A DNA stretch of 64,000 nt from Candidatus Krumholzibacteriota bacterium (GCA_963727455.1 CAVSGG010000009.1:320001-384000); one strand, 5' to 3'; shown: positions 38,930-50,614, numbered from the stretch's first letter. Notes: generated by a model not told the origin, from the letters alone. Translations and numbers: made by a program.

Positions 38930-39890
38930 GGCTTTCTTCGTTCCGCGAGGTGATCGACGGCCCGCGAGCGAGGCGTGGAGCGAAAGCGGAGGTCAACGCT
39001 TCGTGACCCTGGTGGACACCACCGCTACCCACGAGGACCAGTATGCCAAGGGACGCAGCAAGCTGGGCGAGGGTCTCGTGCTTCTGTCTCCCGGGGTTCC
39101 CGCGATTCTGCAGGGAACGGAATGGCTGGAGGACATCGGGTGGGGGCCGAACTACGCCGATCGCATCGATTGGAGCAAGAAGACCACCTACTCGGGAATC
39201 TTTGCGTACTACCGGGACCTGATCGCGCTCAGGGAAACCAACCCCGCGCTGCGATCGGGAGCTTCCTGGCAGGTCTTCCATTTGAACGAGAGCGGAAACG
39301 TCATCGCCTTCCAACGCTACGACAACGGGGGGAACGTGGTCGTTTGCGTCGCGAACTTCTCCAACACCGACTGCGGAAGTTACCGTGTGGGTCTTCCCCT
39401 CTCCGGGCGCTGGAAGGTGGCGGGCCACAGCCAGGACACGAAGTACGAGGGCCCGGGCCAGAACAACCCGGAGTACTTCGATGCTGAGGCGACCAGCAGC
39501 GACATTTTCGCACAGAGCGTGGCTCTCGATCTGCCGGCCATGTCCCTGGTGTCTCTGGTCAAGGTTTCCGACCCCACCACCGCACCGGCATTGCAAGGGA
39601 CCGGAACACAGAGTCGAGCCTGGTTTGAGAGTTCCTATCCGAATCCGACAGCGGGAAACACGAGTCTCAATTACCATCTTTTCCAGAGGTCCAGCGTCGA
39701 GATCCGCATCTACGATCTCGCTGGCCGCCTGGTGAAGACGCTGGCGAGCGGTTCGCAAGCGGCCGGAGTTCACACTACGAGCTGGGATGGACGCTACTCC
39801 CAAGGAGCATCGGTGGCATCCGGAGTGTATTTCGCAAAACTCGCCGCGGCAGGTATCGTGGACACCCAGCGCCTGGTTCTGGTGCGCTGA
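38898..39890 (+). pseudogene. C-terminal fragment of a GH13 (branching-enzyme/trehalohydrolase-like) protein with FlgD-Ig domain; N-terminal catalytic part absent
   Basis: PGVPAILQG.E, YRDLIALR..PAL, NVIAFQR, VANFSN, YRVGLP..G.W; ends YPNP...WDG...SGVY...RLVLVR. No signal peptide or catalytic-region motifs. Confidence 0.72.
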
Positions 39891-39892
39891 GC

Positions 39893-41566
39893 ATGCCACA
39901 ATTCGTCTACACCATGGTCAAGTTGGGAAAGGTCGTCCCTCCCAGCCGCATCATCCTCAAGGACATCACGCTGGGCTTTCTGCCGGGCGCGAAGATCGGT
40001 GTCATCGGTCACAACGGCGCCGGAAAGAGTTCCTTGCTGCGCATCATGGCCGGGCTCGACGATCATTTCGTGGGAGAAGCCAAGCCGGGAAACGGCGTGA
40101 GCGTGGGTATGCTCGCCCAGGAACCCGTCCTGGACGAAAGCAAGAACGTGGGCGGCATCGTCATGGAAGGCGTCGCAGCGGTGAAAGCGCTGCTCGACGA
40201 GTTCGAGCAGATCAGCGGCAAATTCGCCGAGCCCATGGATGAGGAGGAAATGAACGCGCTCTTGGAACGGCAGGGCCAGCTGCAGGACGAGATCGACGCG
40301 GCAAACGGTTGGGAAATCGAGCGGACCCTGGAAATCGCGATGGACGCCCTGCGCTGTCCCCCGGCCGAGGCCGAGGTGAGTGTCCTCTCCGGTGGGGAAC
40401 GGCGCCGGGTTGCCCTGTGCCGGCTACTTCTGCAAAAACCCGACTTGCTTCTTCTGGACGAACCGACGAACCACCTCGACGCGGAGAGCGTCGAATGGCT
40501 CGAGCAGTATCTCGACTCCTATCCGGGCACCGTAGTGGCCGTTACCCACGACCGCTACTTCCTCGACAACGCCGCGGGTTGGATTCTCGAGCTGGATCGC
40601 GGCCGGGGGATTCCTTTCGAGGGCAACTACTCTTCGTGGCTAGAGCAAAAGCAGCGGATCCTCGAACTGGAAGAAAAGCAGGAGAGCAAGCGAAGGCGCA
40701 CCCTGGCGCGCGAGCTCGAGTGGATTCGCATGACCCCCAAGGCCCGCCATCAAAAGAGTAAGGCGCGCATTGCGCAGTTCGACGAACTCTTGAGCGAAGC
40801 CGCTCTCAAGCGCCGACAGAAGTCGGAGATCCTCATCCCGACCGGCAGACGCCTGGGCAAGTCCGTTCTCGAGCTAAAGCATCTGCAAAAGGGCTACGGC
40901 GACCGTCTGCTCATCGACGACCTCTCGTTTTCGGTGCCTCCCGGAGAAATCGTGGGGGTGATTGGCCCCAATGGTGTCGGAAAGACCACCCTCTTCAAGA
41001 TGATCGTGGGGCAGGAGAAACCCGATGGTGGAGAAATCCATCTGGGAGAAACGGTCGATTTGGCCTACGTCGATCAGAGCCGCGAGCAGCTCGACGCGGA
41101 AAAGACGGTGTGGGAGGAGATTTCCGGTGGCTTGGAGATGATCCAGGTCGGCAAACAGGAGATGAACTCGCGCGCCTACTGCGCATCCTTCAATTTCAAA
41201 GGCCCGGACCAACAGCAAAAAGTTGGCAAGCTCTCCGGAGGTGAACGCAACCGACTCCATCTGGCCAAACTGCTCAAGAGCGGCGGGAACGTCCTCTTAC
41301 TGGACGAGCCCACCAACGATCTCGACGTGGATACCTTGCGCGCCCTGGAGGATGCCTTGGTGGAATTCGCCGGTTGCGCGCTGGTAATTTCTCACGATCG
41401 CTGGTTCCTGGACCGCGTCGCCACGCACATCCTGGCCTTCGAGGGGGAAAGCCAGGTGCGCTACTTCGAGGGCAACTACCAGGATTACGAGGACGACCGG
41501 CGTCGCCGCCTGCAGGGCGACGCACTCCGTCCCCACCGCGTGAAATTCAAGAAATTGGAAGCCTGA
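39893..41566 (+). CDS. ettA: Energy-dependent translational throttle protein (ABC-F)
   Basis: Q(F)[39 protein letters not shown], two ABC cassettes, PHR.K.K.L end. Confidence 0.96.
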   Translation: MPQFVYTMVKLGKVVPPSRIILKDITLGFLPGAKIGVIGHNGAGKSSLLRIMAGLDDHFVGEAKPGNGVSVGMLAQEPVLDESKNVGGIVMEGVAAVKALLDEFEQISGKFAEPMDEEEMNALLERQGQLQDEIDAANGWEIERTLEIAMDALRCPPAEAEVSVLSGGERRRVALCRLLLQKPDLLLLDEPTNHLDAESVEWLEQYLDSYPGTVVAVTHDRYFLDNAAGWILELDRGRGIPFEGNYSSWLEQKQRILELEEKQESKRRRTLARELEWIRMTPKARHQKSKARIAQFDELLSEAALKRRQKSEILIPTGRRLGKSVLELKHLQKGYGDRLLIDDLSFSVPPGEIVGVIGPNGVGKTTLFKMIVGQEKPDGGEIHLGETVDLAYVDQSREQLDAEKTVWEEISGGLEMIQVGKQEMNSRAYCASFNFKGPDQQQKVGKLSGGERNRLHLAKLLKSGGNVLLLDEPTNDLDVDTLRALEDALVEFAGCALVISHDRWFLDRVATHILAFEGESQVRYFEGNYQDYEDDRRRRLQGDALRPHRVKFKKLEA

Positions 41567-41572
41567 GTCCGC

Positions 41573-42253
41573 TCAGCCCTGCTTCTTGAAGCTCTTCACC
41601 AGGGCCCGCAGCCCCGCTTCCATTTCGGTCGCGGTCTGCTGTGGTCCGACCAGCTTGAAGAACACGCTGCCCTGCGGACCCTCGACGATAGCCCCCACCA
41701 TGCGATAGCCCTCGTGAGGACCGGCATCGTTGCTCATGCTGCCCGCATTGTAGGTCCCGTCCACCGACACGATGTGCACCGGCATCCCGTCCACTTCCAT
41801 GTTCTCCCGCTTGGCAGCGTCCTCGGAGCTCGAGCCGTCCGGCTGCGTCATCTGGCCGATCCAGCGCGCGATGTTGGCATCGACGCCACCGCCATTTTGG
41901 GGACCGAAATAGAACACGGTGACCTCAGCCGGGGCTTTGTCGCCCGCCACGGGAGGAAGCTGGAACTGGGCGGCGCGCATGCCGGCCGGACCCCCATCGA
42001 CCCACTCCTGCGGCACGGTGTAGCTGACTCCCGCAATGACGGTGGGCGATTTCCCGCCCGAGGCATTGGGCTGCATGCCCTCGATGGGAGGATGACCGGC
42101 CGGGAGCTCCTCATCGCCACGCACCGGCGCCTGCTTCTGCATGGAAGCCTGGTCGTTTGCGTTGGGATCCTTGGTGTTCTGGTTGCAGGCCACGAGAAAA
42201 CACGAAATAAAAGCAAAAACGACGATCGCGGCGAACGCGAATGGGCGACGCAT
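41573..42253 (-). CDS. Hypothetical lipoprotein
   Basis: LVAC lipobox; LPAGHPPI, MRAAQF, GGGVDANIARWIGQ, FFKLVGP. Confidence 0.75.
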   Translation of the reverse strand: MRRPFAFAAIVVFAFISCFLVACNQNTKDPNANDQASMQKQAPVRGDEELPAGHPPIEGMQPNASGGKSPTVIAGVSYTVPQEWVDGGPAGMRAAQFQLPPVAGDKAPAEVTVFYFGPQNGGGVDANIARWIGQMTQPDGSSSEDAAKRENMEVDGMPVHIVSVDGTYNAGSMSNDAGPHEGYRMVGAIVEGPQGSVFFKLVGPQQTATEMEAGLRALVKSFKKQG

Positions 42254-42414
42254 CGAGCTCCTCCTGTGAAAAAAGCACCCCGAAGGGGAGGGAACAGCGC
42301 TGCTGGGCAGCCGGCCAAGTCATGGCGAATCTCAAGACGTATATCCTAGTGAAACGCGCGAAAAACCCAAGCGATTCTTGATTCCGGCTCCCGCTGCCCC
42401 CAAGCTGCCCCTCC

Positions 42415-43239
42415 ATGGCCCACTATGTCATCGGCGACATTCACGGCTGCTCGCGGACGCTGGCGCGCCTTCTGGCTCGCTTGCCCCTGCGGTCCGGTCG
42501 GGACCGTCTGCTTGCGACTGGCGACCTCGTGAACCGGGGGCCCGATTCCCTCGGGGTTCTGCGCTGGGCCATGCAGCAGCACAGCGAGCTGGTCTGCGTG
42601 CTGGGAAACCACGATCTGCATCTCTTGGCGGCGGCCTGGAAGGTGCGGGGATATTCGCGGGCCCGTGCCTTGCGTGAGGTTCTCGCGGCCGGGGATGTGG
42701 CAAAACTCCTGCAGTGGCTGCGAACGCGTCCCCTCTTGGTTCGGGAGGAAGAGAGCGGTGTACTGCTGGTCCACGCCGGTCTGTTGCCGGCGTGGACGGC
42801 CCAAGAGGCCTTGGAGCGGGCCGCCCAGTGCGAAGAACTCCTCGCGGGGCCCAATGCCCCGGCCTTGCTCGCTGTCATGAGAGCTGTCGAAGCGGGATCG
42901 ATGGCCGAGCGGTCGGACGAGCTCGTCGAGGCGGCGTCCTTCCTGCGCGTGGTCACCGGCCTGCGCGTCGTGGACCAAGAGGGCGCGATGGTGCCCTCCT
43001 TCAGCGGCGCCTTGCAGGAGCGTCCGGCCGGCAGTCGAGCCTGGTTCGCGGCGGAAGAACGGCGGACCCGCGGACAGAGGATCCTCTTTGGCCACTGGGC
43101 TCGTCTGGGATTGATGTTGCGCGAGGACGCCTGGTGCCTCGACTCGGCCTGCGTCTGGGGTGGAGCCCTGAGTGCGGTCCGACTGGAGGACGGCGCGGTA
43201 TTTCAGGAGCCCTTTGCCGACGGTGGATCCAGCTCCTGA
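42415..43239 (+). CDS. apaH: Symmetrical bis(5'-nucleosyl)-tetraphosphatase
   Basis: YVIGDIHGC, GDLVNRGPDS, LGNHDLHLL, VHAG, FGHW, LDSACVWGG. Confidence 0.93.
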   Translation: MAHYVIGDIHGCSRTLARLLARLPLRSGRDRLLATGDLVNRGPDSLGVLRWAMQQHSELVCVLGNHDLHLLAAAWKVRGYSRARALREVLAAGDVAKLLQWLRTRPLLVREEESGVLLVHAGLLPAWTAQEALERAAQCEELLAGPNAPALLAVMRAVEAGSMAERSDELVEAASFLRVVTGLRVVDQEGAMVPSFSGALQERPAGSRAWFAAEERRTRGQRILFGHWARLGLMLREDAWCLDSACVWGGALSAVRLEDGAVFQEPFADGGSSS

Positions 43240-43289
43240 ACTCTAGGCCGCGGCCCTCGCGACGCCCCGCCCTCAACCCGAGCCTCGAA

Positions 43290-44750
43290 TCAGTAGCGAT
43301 AGTGATCGGGCTTGTAGGGCCCATCCACGGGAATTCCCAGATACTTGGACTGTTCCTCGCTCATTCGCGTGAGCTTCACACCGAGATGGTCCAGGTGCAG
43401 ACGCGCGACCTCTTCATCCAGCTTCTTGGGCAGCACATGCACGCTCTTGCCGTAGCTCTCGTGGTTCTTCCACAACTCGAGCTGCGCCAGGACTTGATTG
43501 GTGAAGGACGCGGACATCACGAAGCTGGGGTGGCCGGTGGCACAACCCAGATTCAGAAGGCGGCCTTCGGCGAGGACCAACACGCTGTGCCCGTCGGGGA
43601 ACACCCACTCGTCGTACTGCGGTTTGATGTTCACGCGCTGGATGCCACTGGTTCGCTTGAGACCGGCCATGTCGATTTCGTTGTCGAAGTGACCGATGTT
43701 GCCGACAATGGCCTTGTCCTTCATGCGCGCCATGTGCTCGGCCGTGATGATGTTGAAGTTGCCCGTAGTGGTGACGAAGAGATCCGCCCGCTCGACCATC
43801 TCGTCCATGGTCTTGACCTCATATCCTTCCATCGCGGCCTGCAGCGCGCAAATGGGGTCGATCTCGGTAATGACGACGCGGCAACCCTGCCCTCGCAGCG
43901 CCTGCGCGCAGCCCTTGCCAACCTCTCCGAAGCCCGCGACGACCGCGACCTTGCCGCCCAACATCACGTCGGTGGCGCGCATGATTCCGTCCGGCAGACT
44001 GTGCCGGCAGCCGTAGATGTTGTCGAATTTGCTCTTGGTGACCGAGTCGTTCACGTTGATCGCGGCGAACGGCAGCTTGCCCGCCTTGGCCATCTGGTAG
44101 AGACGGTGGACCCCGGTGGTGGTCTCCTCACTGACACCGCGGATGCCCTTTTCCACCTCGGTCCAGCGGGAGGGATGGTTCTTGGCGCTCTCACGCAGTG
44201 CGCTCAAGAACGCGCCCCACTCTTCGCTGTCCTTCTTGGAATCGAATTCGGGGATCTTGCCCGCGCGCTCGAACTCTGCGCCCTTGGTGACCATGAGCGT
44301 GGCGTCGCCACCGTCGTCCACGATGAGATCGGGACCGCTTCCGTCGGGCCACATCAAGGCCTCGGAGGTGCACCACCAGTACTCGGGCAGGCTCTCCCCC
44401 TTCCACGCGAACACCGGCACTCCCTGCGGGGATTCCACGCTGCCCTCGGGTCCCACCACCACGGCCGCCGCCGCTTGATCCTGGGTGGAAAAGATGTTGC
44501 AGCTCACCCAACGCAGGTCCGCGCCGAGTTCCCTCAGGGTCTCGATGAGGACTGCAGTCTGAACGGTCATGTGCAGGCTTCCCATGATCTTGGCGCCCTG
44601 GAGCGGCTTGTCTTGCGCGTAGCGCTTGCGGACGGCCATGAGGCCTGGCATTTCGTGCTCCGCCAGGCGGATTTCCTTGCGCCCCCTCTCGTGCAGAGTG
44701 AGATCGGCCACCTTGTGGCTGAGGCGAGTCGAGGTAGGGGTCGTCGTCAT
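43290..44750 (-). CDS. ahcY: S-adenosylhomocysteine hydrolase
   Basis: [56 protein letters not shown]. Confidence 0.98.
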   Translation of the reverse strand: MTTTPTSTRLSHKVADLTLHERGRKEIRLAEHEMPGLMAVRKRYAQDKPLQGAKIMGSLHMTVQTAVLIETLRELGADLRWVSCNIFSTQDQAAAAVVVGPEGSVESPQGVPVFAWKGESLPEYWWCTSEALMWPDGSGPDLIVDDGGDATLMVTKGAEFERAGKIPEFDSKKDSEEWGAFLSALRESAKNHPSRWTEVEKGIRGVSEETTTGVHRLYQMAKAGKLPFAAINVNDSVTKSKFDNIYGCRHSLPDGIMRATDVMLGGKVAVVAGFGEVGKGCAQALRGQGCRVVITEIDPICALQAAMEGYEVKTMDEMVERADLFVTTTGNFNIITAEHMARMKDKAIVGNIGHFDNEIDMAGLKRTSGIQRVNIKPQYDEWVFPDGHSVLVLAEGRLLNLGCATGHPSFVMSASFTNQVLAQLELWKNHESYGKSVHVLPKKLDEEVARLHLDHLGVKLTRMSEEQSKYLGIPVDGPYKPDHYRY

Positions 44751-44956
44751 GGGGTCTCCGTTCGGACTCTCGGGCTTTGGGCCCTCGTGAAGGGGTGGGC
44801 GAAAGCTCGGGGCAAAGGCCAGGCTTTGGCCGAGCTACAAATCTCGCCAAAAAACTATCCTTTCTGCGGTTTCGCGCAATGTTTGGCGGCTTGACAAGCC
44901 GAATCCCCCACCGGAAGCTGCAGTGCGCGCTTCACCCGCTCCCGCACCTTCCTCAT

Positions 44957-46420
44957 ATGTCCTGGATTGCACCCATTCTGAGCCTGGCGGCGATTCTCTT
45001 CACCACCGGCATGCGATACCGCGCGGTGGGATTGCGCCATGCCGCCCCCTTTCCCCTCTCGGAGGTCCTCTCCCCCGCGCTGGCAATTGCGGCCGGCATC
45101 GCTCTCTTCGCGCTGGCCGCCGCCCTGCAATTTCGTTGGCGGAGAAGGCTCGCGGCTCCGCAATCCAGCGAATCGGATGCGCCCGGAGCGCTTGCACAGC
45201 GCCGGGCACGGTGGCAGATGTACCTCTTCCCCGCTCTTTTCGCGCTGGTGTGGGCCTTCATTCCCTCCGGGGCGTGGCAAGCTCTCCATTACGGGCTCGT
45301 CGCCACGCTCGCGCTGCTCCTTCTGACTCTCTTGGTGAAGGAAGAGGGGTGGCGGGAGCTAAAGGGAAGCGCCACCGGCTTTTCGAAGTCCGTGCGCTTT
45401 CTGCTCTGGCCCACCCTGCTCGCCGCGACCGCGTGGATCCTGCTCGTGATCCTTTTGAGCCCGCACTCCGCGCGCCGGCTCTCCGCACTCGTGCCGCGCT
45501 GGCATTCGGTGCTGCTCTCTCTTTTGACCTATCCACTCTACGCCTTGCTCCAGCTGAGCCTATTCCTCTGCTTCGTCGCGGGGCGCCTGCGGGTGCTGGG
45601 AGCCGGCCCGCGCGCGCGGGTGCTCGTTCCGGCCGTCCTGTTCGCGCTCATCCACTGGCCCAACGCGTGGATCATGGGCTTCGCCTTCCTCGCCATGTTG
45701 CTGTGGGCGGTCTGTTACCGGCGCTGGCGCAGCTTGCCCGCTCTGGCCTTGAGCATGGCGCTTTTGGCCACGGTGGTCACGCAGGCTCCCCTGGAGAATC
45801 TCACCGAACACCTACGAACCGGACCGGGCTACGTCTTCAATGCCTATCTACAAGAACTCTATCGTTACCAGGGTGAGCTGGAACGAGAGTGCCTGAAGAA
45901 CGACGGCTCGGTGCGGGACGACTCCGCCCTCTACTTCCGCGAGATCCTGGGCCAAGAGAAGCTCGGACAGGAGTATGAGCGCTGGGTCGCGCGCTGGGAA
46001 CGGGAGTGGCGCGCGCGATCCGCCGCCGACTTCTATCGCGGCCTGGCCAAGGGTTCAAACCTCCCCTATGACGAGTCCTATTGCCTAGCGCATGGCCGCG
46101 CCTGGTCGAGCGAGAAACGCTGGCACGATTGCGGCGAGAATTGGCGGAACTTCATCACGGCTCTCTACCGTGAAGTGGGGAAGCGCGAACCGGCGTCTGC
46201 CGAACTCGCGGCTTGGGATCCGCACCCCTCGGTGGGGCTGCGCAAGACCATGATCCACCGGCTCTTCAAATCTCCCGAATATTTCGCGCGCCGGGGAACG
46301 CCCGCGTGGAGAATCGCCCATCTCGCTCCCCTCATTCCCCCGCGCGAGCATCCCCTGCTCGACCCGAAGGAGGCCGCGCCAGGTCGAACCGTCACCCGGG
46401 AGAATGAGGGCATTCAGTGA
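44957..46420 (+). CDS. Membrane protein: degenerate CPBP/Abi-like TM region with DUF4214-like C-terminal helices
   Basis: About 9 TMs; LFALIHWPN and YRRWRSL..L; C-terminal FITALYREVGKREP...AAW and FKSPEY. Confidence 0.55.
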   Translation: MSWIAPILSLAAILFTTGMRYRAVGLRHAAPFPLSEVLSPALAIAAGIALFALAAALQFRWRRRLAAPQSSESDAPGALAQRRARWQMYLFPALFALVWAFIPSGAWQALHYGLVATLALLLLTLLVKEEGWRELKGSATGFSKSVRFLLWPTLLAATAWILLVILLSPHSARRLSALVPRWHSVLLSLLTYPLYALLQLSLFLCFVAGRLRVLGAGPRARVLVPAVLFALIHWPNAWIMGFAFLAMLLWAVCYRRWRSLPALALSMALLATVVTQAPLENLTEHLRTGPGYVFNAYLQELYRYQGELERECLKNDGSVRDDSALYFREILGQEKLGQEYERWVARWEREWRARSAADFYRGLAKGSNLPYDESYCLAHGRAWSSEKRWHDCGENWRNFITALYREVGKREPASAELAAWDPHPSVGLRKTMIHRLFKSPEYFARRGTPAWRIAHLAPLIPPREHPLLDPKEAAPGRTVTRENEGIQ

Positions 46421-46514
46421 GTTCTCCTCCCCTTCGATCGAGAGCTTGAGTCCACCCTGGCCGCGCCGTACTCTGTGGCCAATTCGTCCGCATGGGCTCG
46501 TCCGGTAGGAGGTA

Positions 46515-47081
46515 GTGATGAGACGTCCATCCCTTTGGGGCATCCTGGTTCTCACGATCGCATTGGCCACGGCAGTTTCCCCCGCCATGGCAAACCGTCT
46601 CGGGGTCGAAGCCGGTGGGCTGTTTCCCTTCTCCAGCTTGAACGATCGTATCAATGTCTCCCCCTACTTTGGCGCGACCTTCGACATTCAGGAGATCAAC
46701 CCCTTGGGACAGATGGCCCTGCTCGGCGTGTATCTCCACGCGGCCTATTCGCCGCTGACCGTCGACAAGGAGACCAAGGACGCCCTGGTTCAGCTGGGCA
46801 ACAGCGACACCAGTGCCTCCTACTTCGAGGGGACCATCGGCCTCAAAGCCCACGCCAAGACCTCGCCGATCTTTCTCACGGTGCAGACGGGTTATGCACA
46901 TTACGACGCGCCCGGCGGAGGCTCCAAGGGCGGCATCGCGGGCGGCGTGGGAGTGGGAACGGCCTTCGGCGGACCGGCCTTGCATCTCACCATCGAGGGC
47001 CGCATGAACGTCGCCTTCCTGAAGGAAATCGACGACCTGCAGTTCTTCACCCTCACCGCCAGCCTGGGCTTCCCTTTCTGA
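46515..47081 (+). CDS. Small outer-membrane beta-barrel protein
   Basis: AGGAGG RBS, signal peptide (AMA), alternating amphipathic strands, C-terminal LGFPF. Confidence 0.72.
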   Translation: MMRRPSLWGILVLTIALATAVSPAMANRLGVEAGGLFPFSSLNDRINVSPYFGATFDIQEINPLGQMALLGVYLHAAYSPLTVDKETKDALVQLGNSDTSASYFEGTIGLKAHAKTSPIFLTVQTGYAHYDAPGGGSKGGIAGGVGVGTAFGGPALHLTIEGRMNVAFLKEIDDLQFFTLTASLGFPF

Positions 47082-47143
47082 GAAGCTGGGGAGGACTATC
47101 TTAGAGAGGTACGCTGAAGCTTCGGCCAAAACAGGAGAAGACC

Positions 47144-48487
47144 ATGCCTACGCTCTCTTCGCACTTCGAGGGACGTCAACCTTCGGCCATTCGGGTGGCG
47201 AGCATCCGTTTCGCGGAAAGGGGCGGCGACACCGAGGCGATCAACGTCGCCATCGGCAACGTATCCCTCCCCATGCATCCCGCGCTCATTGCCCGCATGA
47301 ACCAGCTCGGCGAGGAGAAGAGCCCGTTTGCCCGCGGCGTGGTGCGCTACACGCCGACGTTGGGACTGGCAGAGACGAACCAGGCTTTCCTGAACATTCT
47401 CGCCGCGAGTGGCTGCGTCACCGAGGGCCTCTACTCACAGGTCACCGATGGCGGAAGCCAGGCCATGGAGCTGGTGATTGCCGGGATTTGCGGAGCGGCC
47501 GGAAGCAAGGATCGTCCGCTGCTCCTCATCGACCCCGCCTACACCAACTACACCGCGTTCGCGAGTCGCTTGGGGCGCGCGACCGTCACTATTGCGCGCC
47601 GCCTGGACGAGAGCGGAAGATTCGCCTTGCCCGCGATCGACGAGATCGAGAGCGTCATAAAGAAAGAGCGGCCGGCCGGGATGGTCGTCATTCCCTACGA
47701 CAATCCCACCGGCCAACTCTACGCGCGCAAGACTCTGCTGCAGCTCGCGCGTCTCTGTGTGAAGCATGATCTCTGGCTGATCAGCGACGAAGCCTATCGC
47801 GAGCTGTACTACACGGGGGACGAATCTCTGAGCGTGTGGCAACTCGGCGAGTCCGAAGTTCCCGGCATCTCCGGTCGCAGAATCAGCATCGAGACTGCGA
47901 GCAAGGTGTGGAATGCCTGCGGCCTGCGCATCGGCGCCCTGATCAGCGACAACGAGAGCTTCCATCGCAAGGCGGTCGCCGAGAACACCGCGAGTCTGTG
48001 CAGCAATCACATCGGGCAGTGGATCTTCGCTGCGCTCGCCCAGGTCGACCACTCCGATCTGCGCGAGTGGTTCCAGCATCAGCGCGAGTATTACGGGGAC
48101 ATGCTCAAGGATTTCGCGGACGAGATGAAGGAGCGCCTGCCGCGCGCCATCGTCTCCTCTCCCGACGCGGCCCTCTACACGGTGGTCGATTTGAGAGAAG
48201 CGGCGGCGGACGGTTTCGACGCCATGGACTTCGTGCTCTTTTGCGCGGAGAAGGGAGAAGTCCGGATCGAAGGCAAATCCTTCACTCTTCTGACCGCGCC
48301 GATGGCGGGCTTCTACGCGGTTGACGCGGGCGCGGCGAATCCAGGTAAGACCCAGCTGCGGATCGCCTACGTGGAAACTCCCGAACGCATGCGCTTGGTT
48401 CCCCGCCTCTTGACCGAGCTCTTTCAACTCTACGAACACGAGAGATCGAAAACAGAGGTCAAAGGCGACGTGGCGGCCTCCCGATGA
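47144..48487 (+). CDS. PLP-dependent aminotransferase class I/II
   Basis: DPAYTNY, DNPTG, SDEAY, SK...CGLRIG, LRIAYV. Confidence 0.88.
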   Translation: MPTLSSHFEGRQPSAIRVASIRFAERGGDTEAINVAIGNVSLPMHPALIARMNQLGEEKSPFARGVVRYTPTLGLAETNQAFLNILAASGCVTEGLYSQVTDGGSQAMELVIAGICGAAGSKDRPLLLIDPAYTNYTAFASRLGRATVTIARRLDESGRFALPAIDEIESVIKKERPAGMVVIPYDNPTGQLYARKTLLQLARLCVKHDLWLISDEAYRELYYTGDESLSVWQLGESEVPGISGRRISIETASKVWNACGLRIGALISDNESFHRKAVAENTASLCSNHIGQWIFAALAQVDHSDLREWFQHQREYYGDMLKDFADEMKERLPRAIVSSPDAALYTVVDLREAAADGFDAMDFVLFCAEKGEVRIEGKSFTLLTAPMAGFYAVDAGAANPGKTQLRIAYVETPERMRLVPRLLTELFQLYEHERSKTEVKGDVAASR

Positions 48488-50031
48488 GTCGCGGCAACTC
48501 TCCAGCGAAGATCGTACTGAAGAAGGGAGAATTGAGCTGGCGCGACTTGCGGCGCGTCGAAGAGGGCCAGGTAGAGCTGGAATTGCGCGCGGAAGACTAT
48601 GAGCGGATCGAGGCGGCCCGCACCACGATCGAGAACATCCTCGGCCGCGACCAGATTGTCTATGGAGTCAACACCGGTTTCGGACTTCTCGCACAGACCC
48701 GCATCCCCGCCGGCGAACTGGCGCTCCTGCAGAGAAACCTGCTGCTCTCCCACAGCGCGGGCACCGGGGCGCCGCTCGACGACGCTACAGTTCGCCTGAT
48801 CCTGGTCCTGAAGATCGCGAGCCTCGCGCGCGGCCACAGCGGAGTGCGGGTGGAACTCGTGCGCGCCCTGCAGTCGCTCTTGGCTGCGGACGTCTTGCCC
48901 TGCATCCCCTCGCAGGGTTCTGTCGGTGCTTCCGGCGATCTCGCCCCCCTGGCCCATCTCGCCGCCACACTTCTTGGCGAGGGGCGTGTGCGCGTGCGGG
49001 ACAAGGAACTGCCGGCCGCCGAAGGCCTCGCCCAAGCGGGAGTCTTCCCGCTCGAGCTCGCTCCCAAGGAGGGGCTGGCGCTCATCAATGGAACGCAAGT
49101 GTCCACCGCGCTCGCACTGCGGGGACTGTTCGCGGCGGAGAATGATCTGGCGGCGGGGGTGATCGCGGGCGCTTTGAGTATCGACGCGGCCAAGGCCAGC
49201 CTTGCTCCCTTCGACCCACGCATCCACGAACTCCGTGGCCTGAAGGGGCAGATTGCGGTCGCGCGCGCGGTTTTGCGACTTTTGGAAGGTTCTCAGATCC
49301 ACGAGAGCCACCGCAACTGCGATCGGGTGCAGGACCCCTACAGCTTGCGTTGCCAGGCCCAGGTCATGGGTGCATGTCTCGATCTCCTCGAATTTTGCGC
49401 CGCACAGCTTTCACGCGAGGCGAATGCGGTGACCGACAACCCACTCGTCTTCCCCGAGAACGGCGAGGTCATCAGCGGAGGAAATTTCCACGCGGAGCCG
49501 GTTGCCTTCGCCGCCGACACTCTGGCCCTCGCCCTCGCGGAAATGGGAGCCATGAGCGAACGCCGCATTGCGCTGCTCACCGATCCCAAGATGAGTGGCC
49601 TTCCGGCGTTCTTGGTAAAAGAGAGCGGAGTCAACTCCGGCTTCATGATCGCGCACGTTACCGCCGCCGCTTTGGCGAGCGAAAACAAGCAATTGGCCCA
49701 TCCCGCTTCGGTCGATAGCCTCCCCACTTCCGCCAATCAAGAGGATCACGTGAGCATGGCCACACACGCCGCGCGCCGCCTGCTCCCGATGGCCGCGAAC
49801 ACCGCGGGGATTCTGGCCATCGAGCTCTTGGCTGCATGCCAGGGCATCGAATTTCATGCCCCGCATCAATCTTCACCGCCGCTACGGGAAGTTCTCCAAA
49901 GAGTGCGCGAAAAGGTGCCGTTCTACGAGACGGACCGGCGATTCTCTCCCGATATCGACGCGATCAAGGCGCTCATTCAGAGCGGCGCTTTCACCCCGTG
50001 GGTCGAGGAGCTCTTACCCTCCCACACTTGA
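48484..50031 (+). CDS. hutH: Histidine ammonia-lyase
   Basis: [50 protein letters not shown]. Confidence 0.96.
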   Translation: MSRGNSPAKIVLKKGELSWRDLRRVEEGQVELELRAEDYERIEAARTTIENILGRDQIVYGVNTGFGLLAQTRIPAGELALLQRNLLLSHSAGTGAPLDDATVRLILVLKIASLARGHSGVRVELVRALQSLLAADVLPCIPSQGSVGASGDLAPLAHLAATLLGEGRVRVRDKELPAAEGLAQAGVFPLELAPKEGLALINGTQVSTALALRGLFAAENDLAAGVIAGALSIDAAKASLAPFDPRIHELRGLKGQIAVARAVLRLLEGSQIHESHRNCDRVQDPYSLRCQAQVMGACLDLLEFCAAQLSREANAVTDNPLVFPENGEVISGGNFHAEPVAFAADTLALALAEMGAMSERRIALLTDPKMSGLPAFLVKESGVNSGFMIAHVTAAALASENKQLAHPASVDSLPTSANQEDHVSMATHAARRLLPMAANTAGILAIELLAACQGIEFHAPHQSSPPLREVLQRVREKVPFYETDRRFSPDIDAIKALIQSGAFTPWVEELLPSHT

Positions 50032-50058
50032 GAAAAAGCTGTGCGAGAGAGGTGCGCG

Positions 50059-50559
50059 ATGCGGATTCGTTTTTGGCCTCTACTGGTGTTCGCGTTCAGT
50101 CTAGTGGCGTCCGCGGGTTGCTCACACCACGACGAACCCACCGCGCCAGCCATGCCGATCGATCCCGGAGCGGACACCGTCCGGGACGGAGTGATGCTCC
50201 AGGAGACTCGAATCGATTGTCCCGCAGGCGCCGATTGCCTGGGCTTCGTCCAGGTCCTCTTCGACGGCGAAATCCGAGTGAACCCGCTCGGGAACCCGGC
50301 GGTCGTCACCGGCATCGACACGCTCGTCAGTACGCAGTTACAACAGGTGCACAACCTCGCCCTCGACTCTTCGATGATCGAGATCTTCAAACAGGCGGAA
50401 GCGGGTTGCACCAGCGCGAGCGATACGGTGGAGGTCATGAGCCTGCGCAGTGAGAACGATGTATTCAAGGTGAAGATCACGGGCTGTACGAGCGGTGCGG
50501 CGGCCGAGCTCCGTGAACTGCTCCTGGATCTCGCCGAGGAGTACTTCCCCCGGCCTTAA
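50059..50559 (+). CDS. Hypothetical lipoprotein
   Basis: ASAGC lipobox; four further Cys; follows hutH. Confidence 0.65.
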   Translation: MRIRFWPLLVFAFSLVASAGCSHHDEPTAPAMPIDPGADTVRDGVMLQETRIDCPAGADCLGFVQVLFDGEIRVNPLGNPAVVTGIDTLVSTQLQQVHNLALDSSMIEIFKQAEAGCTSASDTVEVMSLRSENDVFKVKITGCTSGAAAELRELLLDLAEEYFPRP

Positions 50560-50614
50560 AGATCTTAGAAATGGACCGCTGTTCGAGCGGGAGAAGCCGA
50601 ACTCGCGGCCGAAC

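Noticed and set aside
42714-44894. 726-aa plus-strand ORF
   Set aside because: Mostly antisense to the well-conserved ahcY and out of frame within apaH; a codon-bias shadow.
44751-44900. SAH or SAM riboswitch upstream of ahcY
   Set aside because: I could not find the SAH core (GAGGAGCG...AGGCUC) or SAM-I consensus; only a generic hairpin is present.
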